IMG/VR virus record: IMGVR_UViG_3300044612_002649
Length of the DNA stretch: 64,000 bases
Source of the DNA: an uncultured virus (IMG/VR IMGVR_UViG_3300044612_002649)
Lineage: Duplodnaviria > Heunggongvirae > Uroviricota > Caudoviricetes
Reading direction: 5' to 3' (one strand)
Shown here: one piece after another, positions 32,881 through 40,644 of the stretch
How positions within the stretch are numbered: the first letter of the stretch is position 1
How the letters are laid out: each line of letters begins with the position of its first letter
Notes under the pieces: model-generated
The model's input: only the letters and a program-made list of their open reading frames with translations
What the model was told of the DNA's origin: nothing
Database searches by the model: none
Program-made: the position numbers and the translations under genes

Positions 32881-32909
32881 ATTGTAACGTATTAAATATA
32901 CATTGTCAA
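32881..32909 (-). promoter_or_regulatory. Sigma70 early promoter
   Basis: TTGACA-N17-TACAAT. Confidence 0.8.
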
Positions 32910-32951
32910 TTGTTTTTCAAATCCATCTGTTAGTGCGTCCATTTCCTGTGT

Positions 32952-32980
32952 AGTATACTACTAGGATTTTCGTTTGTCAA
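32952..32980 (-). promoter_or_regulatory. Sigma70 early promoter (tandem with 32881-32909)
   Basis: TTGACA-N17-TATACT. Confidence 0.8.
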
Positions 32981-32989
32981 CTAAATTTT

Positions 32990-33382
32990 TTACTTTTGTA
33001 AAGATCGTTGACGCTCGTTTAATGATTTTATTATACCATATTTTCTAATATCATCTGAAAATAAATGTAGTTCAAAACTCTTTATTTCAGAAAACACCGT
33101 AATACTTTGATTGGTGAGAAAATATGGACAATCAATAAATCGAGATAAGTATATCACTGTTTGAGGGCTCTTGTCAATAGGTTCCGTAAACGGAATTTTA
33201 TATGCTTTAAGACCCAACGTGTTAACCAAGAAATCCAATCCTTCACCAGACAATCTGTATGAATTATTTGAAGATCTATTACTATGCCACCATTGCCTTG
33301 AGTAAAACTTCAAGTTGGCGTCATCCGTACTTTTACCCCATTGAGATAGGAATATCTTGGTTAATGAAGTTCTATCTATCAT
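32990..33382 (-). CDS. Hypothetical protein
   Basis: 130-aa ORF with ATGA overlap to the upstream gene. Confidence 0.7.
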   Translation of the reverse strand: MIDRTSLTKIFLSQWGKSTDDANLKFYSRQWWHSNRSSNNSYRLSGEGLDFLVNTLGLKAYKIPFTEPIDKSPQTVIYLSRFIDCPYFLTNQSITVFSEIKSFELHLFSDDIRKYGIIKSLNERQRSLQK

Positions 33383-33669
33383 TTTTTCGATGCCTTCATT
33401 GTTAATTTTACAACATTAAACGCCTCTGTGTCAAACTGTAAATTTAACTTTTTTGCTAAATTGTGAGCATGCCCTGGATTAGAAAAACTGGTTTTTTTAT
33501 ATTTTGGGCCAGGGTGACTCACTAAACTATTAAACGATTTCAAATTGAAGGCGGCTGATTCATAGAACACTGCCCATATTGCATTGTCCTCGGCTGCCAA
33601 TATTTGATCCGTCTTATATGATGTTTTATCGGTGTATTCTAATAATACATGCGGTTTTGGTCTACTCAT
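33379..33669 (-). CDS. Hypothetical phage protein
   Basis: Start revised to MSRPKP (ATG 33669, AAGGA SD); late motif GATAAATA at 33696-33703. Confidence 0.7.
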   Translation of the reverse strand: MSRPKPHVLLEYTDKTSYKTDQILAAEDNAIWAVFYESAAFNLKSFNSLVSHPGPKYKKTSFSNPGHAHNLAKKLNLQFDTEAFNVVKLTMKASKK

Positions 33670-33713
33670 TGAGGTTCCTTTATTAACTACGCATATATTT
33701 ATCAAAAAATGCA

Positions 33714-34508
33714 CTACTGATTTTTGCTGTAGAATTTTTTATAGTTATGAATTATTTCAACATGTTCTGGAATACCTTTGGAAATGGCAAACGTAGTTGG
33801 GTAGTCGTAATGACTATAATAATCATACTCGTTTGTGCCCTCTGGGTCGAATACATTGACAATATTAGGATTCTTTACAAAAGCCTTGCCGGAAAGCAAG
33901 AAAAAATATGTATTAAATGAATCTTGCCAACCAGTTTTTTCATATATATTATTACGAACATAATTAAAATTTTGTTCAACCCATCGTTTAACATGAAAAT
34001 AATTATCTAAAAAAGTTTTTACTTTGATGATAGTACCACCCTGTGCACCATAACCATTGATATTTGGACGGACGCCAGAATATTCTTCTATCATATTCAT
34101 AAATTCATCAGTAAACCCATTTGGAAATCGTTCACCATTCGCAAAGGAGGTATCAAACCCATATACATCAACATCTGGACATGTAATTGGTTTTAATATT
34201 TTAATATCATCTTCTAAATATACTAAATGAGTGGTATTCGCTCGAAAACATGCAATATACATTCTTTCCCAAAATTCTAACACAATTTCCATATCATAAC
34301 CATATGGTTCTTGTGGATAACCAAGTTTCCGTTGGGACTGGTAATATTCTACATTATATTTTTTACAAGCATCAAGACGATCATCACCTGCATCACCTAA
34401 TGCAATGTAATAACTATCTGGATAGAATTCTCGTACATTTTTCATAAGTTCTTCACCGGCAATATGTTGTCCTGGTGAGCAAAACTGTGCAAACCCTATT
34501 GATGTCAT
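33714..34508 (-). CDS. Glycosyltransferase, GT-A fold
   Basis: LVYLEDD (DxD-like), N-terminal Rossmann-like segment, GGTII. Confidence 0.6.
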   Translation of the reverse strand: MTSIGFAQFCSPGQHIAGEELMKNVREFYPDSYYIALGDAGDDRLDACKKYNVEYYQSQRKLGYPQEPYGYDMEIVLEFWERMYIACFRANTTHLVYLEDDIKILKPITCPDVDVYGFDTSFANGERFPNGFTDEFMNMIEEYSGVRPNINGYGAQGGTIIKVKTFLDNYFHVKRWVEQNFNYVRNNIYEKTGWQDSFNTYFFLLSGKAFVKNPNIVNVFDPEGTNEYDYYSHYDYPTTFAISKGIPEHVEIIHNYKKFYSKNQ

Positions 34509-34516
34509 AAATTTCC

Positions 34517-34759
34517 TTATTGTTTATCGAATCCACCACCGTCCATACTAACAGTGATCGAATCCGTATTTTTGTTCTTTAACTCATCGTACAATCGTGA
34601 ATAATCCGTATTGATTTTATCAAGCATTTCATTCAACGCCATAGAAATTAGTCTTGCTTGTTGAATTGGAATTTTAATTTCTTTTTGTTGAGATAATTCA
34701 GCTGCACGTAATAATTGCGTATACAATGTAATTGGTGTTAAATTTATTTGATGTTGCAT
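34517..34759 (-). CDS. Hypothetical protein
   Basis: ORF in operon ending MDGGGF. Confidence 0.7.
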   Translation of the reverse strand: MQHQINLTPITLYTQLLRAAELSQQKEIKIPIQQARLISMALNEMLDKINTDYSRLYDELKNKNTDSITVSMDGGGFDKQ

Positions 34760-35214
34760 TTTACTTCTGCCGCTTTTGCTTTGGTCTTAAATGGACCAAG
34801 TGTTTCATACCGATCAACTGTAATTAATTTTGGACAAAATGCTATAACCCATGTTTTGAATTTTATTGCATACCAACCTGCACAATGGAAACATTTGCTT
34901 TTTGGTTGTTTCGTAAACATTGGTAATTTTCTACGAACATCATACATTGAATTATATGGTTTTGTTTTAGTTGGATAACCGTGACATTCCGTATCTTCTG
35001 ATAAATTAACTGGTAGTGAATTTTCTGGTAGGAAAAATTTACTACCAAATGTATTGATGATTTCTTCCTTTTCATCAAAACGAATTTCACCATCTATATT
35101 GGATAAAATGAATTTGTTATTTTCTTGTTTATGCAATGTTGCAATTTTATCACCATCTTGTTCAACAATCCAGAATTTTCCATCGACAATTGGTATTGCA
35201 TGAATTTCGGTCAT
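34744..35214 (-). CDS. Hypothetical protein
   Basis: 156-aa ORF in operon. Confidence 0.7.
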   Translation of the reverse strand: MTEIHAIPIVDGKFWIVEQDGDKIATLHKQENNKFILSNIDGEIRFDEKEEIINTFGSKFFLPENSLPVNLSEDTECHGYPTKTKPYNSMYDVRRKLPMFTKQPKSKCFHCAGWYAIKFKTWVIAFCPKLITVDRYETLGPFKTKAKAAEVKCNIK

Positions 35215-35429
35215 GATTCCTCCTGATAAACCATGTTTAAAACTTCATCAATCGATAGAGGTGTTGCATCTGCATAAAATTTATCGTTATTTCTAAATTT
35301 GAAATCAGATAATGGGTGATCATTATATCTAGTAATGATATCTATTCTATATTGATCACCGGTTTTTGTGTACTTGCATTTGCATAGAATACCATCCTTT
35401 GGTATGTTATTGAACCATTCCTTTGTCAT
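35211..35429 (-). CDS. Hypothetical protein
   Basis: GGAG SD, ATGA overlap. Confidence 0.65.
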   Translation of the reverse strand: MTKEWFNNIPKDGILCKCKYTKTGDQYRIDIITRYNDHPLSDFKFRNNDKFYADATPLSIDEVLNMVYQEES

Positions 35430-35440
35430 ACAAACTCCGT

Positions 35441-35938
35441 TTATTTTTCTAAAAGTACTTCGATTGTTGCTAAAAAGATAGCCATACCTGATCGGCCATC
35501 CATGAAAGATTTTTCTACAATTTTGTTTGCTGTTTGGATAGCATATTTGTGTTTTGGATCAAATAAGCTAATAGCAATATTGTATTTTTTGTTGTACATC
35601 ACCCTTGAAAATCCTTGGAATAATTCTTCATCGGGATAACCAGTTAGTTCAATAAAACCAATTCTAGTAAGTTTCGCTGACAACTCTTTGGTGTCTTCAA
35701 GGAAAAGTTCTTGTTGAAAAATGATATAATCAAGTTCCAATGAATTTGCAAACACTTCTGCATGATCGTGATTTCTGTAAGCCCAAACTCTAGCAAGTTT
35801 ATGATTGTCAACTCGTTGTTTGAGATTCAATTTGTCTAACCATGAAACTTGTTTACGAGTATTTTTAACTCGTTGAACATTGTTTTTAGAACGAATGTTT
35901 TCGATAATTTCTGATTTTGTATCAATGATTTCAGTCAT
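35441..35938 (-). CDS. Hypothetical protein
   Basis: 165-aa ORF downstream of a promoter. Confidence 0.7.
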   Translation of the reverse strand: MTEIIDTKSEIIENIRSKNNVQRVKNTRKQVSWLDKLNLKQRVDNHKLARVWAYRNHDHAEVFANSLELDYIIFQQELFLEDTKELSAKLTRIGFIELTGYPDEELFQGFSRVMYNKKYNIAISLFDPKHKYAIQTANKIVEKSFMDGRSGMAIFLATIEVLLEK

Positions 35939-35952
35939 AATAATCTCTATGT

Positions 35953-36002
35953 GTTAGTGTTTTAAGTTTGATAACTATAAAACACTAACTGTTAAAAGTC
36001 AA
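35953..36002 (-). promoter_or_regulatory. Sigma70 promoter overlapped by a long inverted repeat
   Basis: TTGACT(36002-35997)-N17-TATAGT(35979-35974); arms gttagtgtttta/taaaacactaac. Confidence 0.6.
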
Positions 36003-36005
36003 GTT

Positions 36006-36665
36006 TTATTTTTCAACCAAAATTAAATCAAATTCGATACCCTTCCCAGTAGTGTCGTATTCAACCGTGTCAATGTATTCGCCATCGTATTGGATACTCG
36101 ATAACAAACTCCATCCTTCGATATCACTATACTCAATTTTAATTTTTGTTGGATCAAATTCATCTTTGATTGTGAATTCTCCACCAAAAAATAAACCTTT
36201 TTCGACAGATTGTCCAATAAATGCCACCTCGCCATCTTCCAGCTTATCAGTGATATAACATTCCTCAATTTCTTCAATCCCAATTTCATCATCTTCGAGA
36301 GAAGTGATGTCTAAAGAATGTCTCCATACTTCCTTACCCTTTTCATCGTAGACAAATATTTCACTGAGATCATCAATTGTTGCACCATTTTCATGAGCAA
36401 TATCATCCAAATCATACCAGTTGCCTTCTTCAATGAAACGATATTCTTCTGGTACTTCTAACTCATTATCTTCATCATCGATGAAATCATTGATATCTAT
36501 ATCATTATCTTCAAGATAATCATATGCATCACGGTCAACTTTGCCGATTACAATTTCACCACCTCTGCCGGATACTTCTACTTTGTATTTTCGTGGTGGG
36601 AATTTAATGGTTTGTAATAATGTACGTTGTTCATCCGGTGTTGGATCTTTAATTTCTTCACTCAT
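36006..36665 (-). CDS. Highly acidic hypothetical protein
   Basis: 219 aa, D/E-rich, GGAG SD. Confidence 0.75.
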   Translation of the reverse strand: MSEEIKDPTPDEQRTLLQTIKFPPRKYKVEVSGRGGEIVIGKVDRDAYDYLEDNDIDINDFIDDEDNELEVPEEYRFIEEGNWYDLDDIAHENGATIDDLSEIFVYDEKGKEVWRHSLDITSLEDDEIGIEEIEECYITDKLEDGEVAFIGQSVEKGLFFGGEFTIKDEFDPTKIKIEYSDIEGWSLLSSIQYDGEYIDTVEYDTTGKGIEFDLILVEK

Positions 36666-36666
36666 C

Positions 36667-37653
36667 TTATTCTCCTATGTATTTTGCTTGAAACGGTTCA
36701 GCAAATTGCTGAATATTTTCCATCATTCGTTTCATATCATATGATTGACAGAATTTTAACATTCTGATCCCAACCTGTGTTATTTCTTTTGGTTTAGAAT
36801 TGGTACTTATTGTTTCGTTTATCACTTCTCGGATATGAGTTGGCTGTGCAGTTAAATCGATTAATTGACGATTTCTTTCATAATCATCTAATACTCTATG
36901 CTCAACTCCATCATGATCAACCCAGCGTTGTAGCATTAGATTGTTCCAATTATAGCCTTTACAATTTCTGTCATTAAATGCTTCAGTTAGCCCAACTTTA
37001 TTTTTGGTACCTTTTGTTCTAACCCCTGGATATGCGGAGAAAACATTATCGCTAGTATCACCGCGCATACATTTCTCAAAAAGCATCCATTCAGGATCAA
37101 TTGGTAATTTTACTTCACCTGTTTTTTTGTCTTTAATTGGTTTACCTTTTGCATCAAAATAACCAGTATGGGTAATGTGGTGATCAGCAATGCCATTGTA
37201 TTGGCTTACATTAGGCGCAATTAATTGTAAAAAGTCACTATCAGATGAAATAATGACATGATTAGAGTTAGGATGTGATTGAATGAATCCAGCAATTAAG
37301 TCATCCGCTTCTAATTGCGGGTGTTGTAAAATGGTGCAATTAGTTTTATCTGTTAAAAATGTTTTGAATTCATCGAACGCTTCCCAAAACAATTTTTCTT
37401 CTTCTTGTTCTTTTACATTCATGGCAGACCGCATGTCTGCCCGATTTCGTTTATATGGTACATAATATTCTTTGCGCCATGATTTCCCTTCCAAACATAC
37501 AACAACATGTTTACCACCAAAGTCTTGCCATGCTTTTTTGATGCTATTAAATGTTATATGAAATGCCATACCCAGTTTTAATTCAGCATTACCTTGTATG
37601 GCATGTCTAGCACGATAGAATGTGTTAGACAGATCGACTAAAATATAAGTCAT
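36667..37653 (-). CDS. rnh: T4 RNase H-like 5'-3' exonuclease
   Basis: LVD.SN, YKRNR, EADD, SSDSDFLQL, GDTSDNV. Confidence 0.9.
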   Translation of the reverse strand: MTYILVDLSNTFYRARHAIQGNAELKLGMAFHITFNSIKKAWQDFGGKHVVVCLEGKSWRKEYYVPYKRNRADMRSAMNVKEQEEEKLFWEAFDEFKTFLTDKTNCTILQHPQLEADDLIAGFIQSHPNSNHVIISSDSDFLQLIAPNVSQYNGIADHHITHTGYFDAKGKPIKDKKTGEVKLPIDPEWMLFEKCMRGDTSDNVFSAYPGVRTKGTKNKVGLTEAFNDRNCKGYNWNNLMLQRWVDHDGVEHRVLDDYERNRQLIDLTAQPTHIREVINETISTNSKPKEITQVGIRMLKFCQSYDMKRMMENIQQFAEPFQAKYIGE

Positions 37654-37683
37654 TATTCATCCTTGAATAATGGTGAACTGAGG

Positions 37684-38130
37684 TTATTTTACCTCAGCTT
37701 TTCCACCGGTTAATTTCGTAACATTGATATAACCAGTTTCCCGATTATCCATATCAACCCCTTCTGCGGCAGCTGCATTAATGCAGATATCTCTGAACCA
37801 ACGAGCTACTATTTCTTCATCTGGGTCACCATCAAACCCATAGCCTTCTTGCTTTAATTCAGTAATGAAATATTCATTCCAATCCAATTCATAAAAACCA
37901 TTTCTGATATTATCTTTATTGACTTTAAATCCGATAACATCAACCCATGCTTCTTTGCGCTTGTTTGCTATTTCTTTTGGTGAGAGTTTTGCCTCTGCTT
38001 CTTTTTCTTTTTTAGCTTTGCGTTTAGCAGCTGCACGAGCAGCTTTTTCTTCTTTTTCAAGAATAGCAATTCGTGCAGCTTCTTCCCTAGCAGTTACGCC
38101 AGTTATATCTTTAAAAAATTTTTTAATCAT
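37684..38130 (-). CDS. Hypothetical protein
   Basis: 148-aa ORF. Confidence 0.7.
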   Translation of the reverse strand: MIKKFFKDITGVTAREEAARIAILEKEEKAARAAAKRKAKKEKEAEAKLSPKEIANKRKEAWVDVIGFKVNKDNIRNGFYELDWNEYFITELKQEGYGFDGDPDEEIVARWFRDICINAAAAEGVDMDNRETGYINVTKLTGGKAEVK

Positions 38131-38148
38131 TGGATCCTTCCAGTTATT

Positions 38149-38616
38149 TTAGCAGCCTTCTGAAATATCTTTTGCTTGCATGCGTTCTTTACGGAACGTT
38201 TTAACATCTTCAATTGCATTAATTAAAGTATGTGCGTAGTTAAGTGCTTGTTGTTCACTCATTATGGTAGTTTGTGAGTACTTCAGATAGCCAGATGTCC
38301 ACAATGCGTATGAAATTTTAATCCGATGAGCAAATCCATTTATAAAACTGCGAATAGATTCGTCAACGCTATACAGCCAAGAACTTTCAAATCTGGGAGT
38401 ATGATTTTCTTCAACTACGCGATTCCACCAGTCGGTCTTTGGATGAGTCCAAGTATTAACATTAATATTAATTCCAAATTCATCTGCTTCCACTTCAAAA
38501 TGAATATCATCATCTTCATTTCCGCATTTACATCCTATTTTATAAAACTTGCTGTCTCCATAGTCGCCGGTTTTCATAATGCCTTCTGCTGGTTTTTCTG
38601 GTACTAATACTGACAT
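38149..38616 (-). CDS. Hypothetical protein (CxC...H motif)
   Basis: 155-aa ORF, AGGA SD. Confidence 0.7.
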   Translation of the reverse strand: MSVLVPEKPAEGIMKTGDYGDSKFYKIGCKCGNEDDDIHFEVEADEFGININVNTWTHPKTDWWNRVVEENHTPRFESSWLYSVDESIRSFINGFAHRIKISYALWTSGYLKYSQTTIMSEQQALNYAHTLINAIEDVKTFRKERMQAKDISEGC

Positions 38617-38623
38617 AAATTTC

Positions 38624-38803
38624 CTACAGTTTAATTTCGATTACTTGGTCGAATTCACCACCGAATGTGATGGATGTTGTATTGGCTAATAAAGTTCCGT
38701 CATTCACCATCGTCGCTAAAGTTGTGACGATACTTTCCAGTTCTTGATATGTCCCATCAAATGTATTAATGAATTCTTCTGAAAATTTAATTGTTTTACT
38801 CAT
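38624..38803 (-). CDS. 59-aa hypothetical protein absent from the ORF track
   Basis: MSKTIKFSEEFINTFDGTYQELESIV...VIEIKL*, AAGGAG SD, ATGA overlap, fills the gap exactly. Confidence 0.75.
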   Translation of the reverse strand: MSKTIKFSEEFINTFDGTYQELESIVTTLATMVNDGTLLANTTSITFGGEFDQVIEIKL

Positions 38804-39138
38804 GTTGACTCCTTAATAGTGTCCCAAGATTTAAGTGCTTCCAAAGTTTCTGTGTATTCTTTCCACAATAACTTCAGTTTTTCGTATTTCTGTTCCATTA
38901 TAACATCCCGTCGTGGAATATGCAACAAACTTTCAATGCGACTTAATCTTTCTTCGAGGTTGTCCCCATTAAGATTAACCTTGCCAGTGATATTCAATGT
39001 TGCATCTTCTGTCGAAGGGATTTCCATTACCATGTTTCCTGTACCACTTATGAAGCGTGTGCTAGGACTAGAAAACGTTATTTTATCGTAGTTTATTGAG
39101 TTTGTAAAAATTCTGTTAGTTAATTGTGTATTAGCCAT
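38800..39138 (-). CDS. Hypothetical protein
   Basis: Start revised to MANTQL (ATG 39138, AAGGA SD), which avoids overlap with the upstream gene. Confidence 0.65.
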   Translation of the reverse strand: MANTQLTNRIFTNSINYDKITFSSPSTRFISGTGNMVMEIPSTEDATLNITGKVNLNGDNLEERLSRIESLLHIPRRDVIMEQKYEKLKLLWKEYTETLEALKSWDTIKEST

Positions 39139-39154
39139 TATATTCCTTGATAAA

Positions 39155-39174
39155 GGTGGGGATAAATCCCCACC
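39155..39174 (-). terminator. Hairpin terminator
   Basis: ggtggggat-tt-atccccacc followed by a short T run on the minus strand. Confidence 0.6.
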
Positions 39175-39181
39175 ATCTACA

Positions 39182-39427
39182 CTACTTTTTAACAAATTTT
39201 TGTTTGTTAGTATTATTCCAAGGTTTATTACCTTGATATGGTTTACGTGGACGTTTGCTCGCCAAATATGCACCATATGATTTCGAATCCTTCCGGTAGA
39301 GTTCTGCTGGATCAAATTTTCTCATCTCCATTCGGCAAAAGTCATGAAATGCTTCTAAATCTTCGAAGATTTTTACAACATCTGGGCGGTTTTCAAAATA
39401 TGAATATGTTTTGTAGTTTTTAGCCAT
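39182..39427 (-). CDS. Small basic hypothetical protein
   Basis: AAGGA SD. Confidence 0.7.
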   Translation of the reverse strand: MAKNYKTYSYFENRPDVVKIFEDLEAFHDFCRMEMRKFDPAELYRKDSKSYGAYLASKRPRKPYQGNKPWNNTNKQKFVKK

Positions 39428-39481
39428 GATAGCTTCCTTTCTTTATGGTTTGAAAAATGCTACTTCCTGTAGCGGTTAAAA

Positions 39482-39844
39482 TTAATTTAATTTAAATGTA
39501 CTTGTTGCACCAGAGAATGGTGGAACATAACCACTACCATAATTAGTACCAGTAGTGGTCCATATTGGTGGTGTATTGTAATCGATGCCCATATCATTGT
39601 ACACGTATGAATTTGTGTGCACCATTGCTTTTTCAATAGTAGCCATCCTGCTATTTAACTCGGTTACATCATTTACTAATTTTCGTAATGGACCGAGCTG
39701 TTTTTCTTTATCTTCGGCATGTGCTAAAGCCACTACCATTAATAAATTATTAAAACATCGTTTAACTGCTGGGTTATCTGAATTCATCGCAGTATCAAAC
39801 ATATCAACGAATTTTTCTAAATCAATTTCTTCTGGTTTACTCAT
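39482..39844 (-). CDS. Hypothetical protein
   Basis: AAGGA SD. Confidence 0.7.
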   Translation of the reverse strand: MSKPEEIDLEKFVDMFDTAMNSDNPAVKRCFNNLLMVVALAHAEDKEKQLGPLRKLVNDVTELNSRMATIEKAMVHTNSYVYNDMGIDYNTPPIWTTTGTNYGSGYVPPFSGATSTFKLN

Positions 39845-39853
39845 AATTTTTCC

Positions 39854-40588
39854 TTAAATTATTAGTCCTTTAAATGTATAATTATATACGGCCAATCCAC
39901 TATCAATTGTTATTTGTAATGCACCTTGATCGTTGATTCTAATAGTTTTATCACCCGCTAGATTTAACACACTGATAACATATGACTTTGGCCAATTCCA
40001 TGCTTTCCGTAAACTCCCAGATACTCCTGCTTGAAATACAAAACTGCCAGCATGTCTATTCATTTCGCCAAAATTGATCAACAAGTTTTTGTTTGCATCA
40101 GTAGTTGTACTAAAGAATGTCTCCTCTGTGTGAGCAGCCGCCTGAAATTTCAACCGTTGAATGCTAGTTTGTGCTGGTTCAAACTCGATGTCCCAAGTGG
40201 TTCCTAAAAAATCCGCATCTTTAAATTTTAAATCTACAATGTGTTTGTGTAAGAATCTAAAATCATTTTGATAATCACCTGCTTGATTTTGGAAATGGAT
40301 ACCAGATGGTATCACTTCATCATTTCTTGTATCAGTGATGATAGAAATACCTGCATTTTTATCGTATTCCGGGCACTTCAAATGTAGGTCCAATTTATGG
40401 AGATTGTTCATGCCAAAACTACCATTTATATTTGGTACAGGTGTTTTAGTGATCCCTGAGAATAACATTTTTCTATCTTCAGTCACAGCGTCGATATATG
40501 TCCGTGTATCAGACGCATTTATTCTTAAAAGTGGGATAAATCCCAACGAATGAGTATGTGATACCAAGTCCTGTAAAAAGTCTTTCAT
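39854..40588 (-). CDS. Putative sliding clamp (gp45-like processivity factor)
   Basis: ~244 aa, alternating beta/alpha pattern, C-terminal GALQITIDSG..Y.Y; adjacent to polB; start revised to MKDFLQD. Confidence 0.6.
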   Translation of the reverse strand: MKDFLQDLVSHTHSLGFIPLLRINASDTRTYIDAVTEDRKMLFSGITKTPVPNINGSFGMNNLHKLDLHLKCPEYDKNAGISIITDTRNDEVIPSGIHFQNQAGDYQNDFRFLHKHIVDLKFKDADFLGTTWDIEFEPAQTSIQRLKFQAAAHTEETFFSTTTDANKNLLINFGEMNRHAGSFVFQAGVSGSLRKAWNWPKSYVISVLNLAGDKTIRINDQGALQITIDSGLAVYNYTFKGLII

Positions 40589-40610
40589 TGTAATTCCTTT
40601 ATTTTTAAAT

Positions 40611-40639
40611 ATTATACTACTATTAATAGATCTTGTCAA
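40611..40639 (-). promoter_or_regulatory. Consensus sigma70 promoter
   Basis: TTGACA-N17-TATAAT. Confidence 0.85.
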
Positions 40640-40644
40640 GTTTT

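Noticed and set aside
32892..32942. 16-aa ORF MDALTDGFEKQLTMYI between the tandem promoters
   Set aside because: SD-ATG spacing is only 2 nt and it overlaps a promoter; no support for translation.
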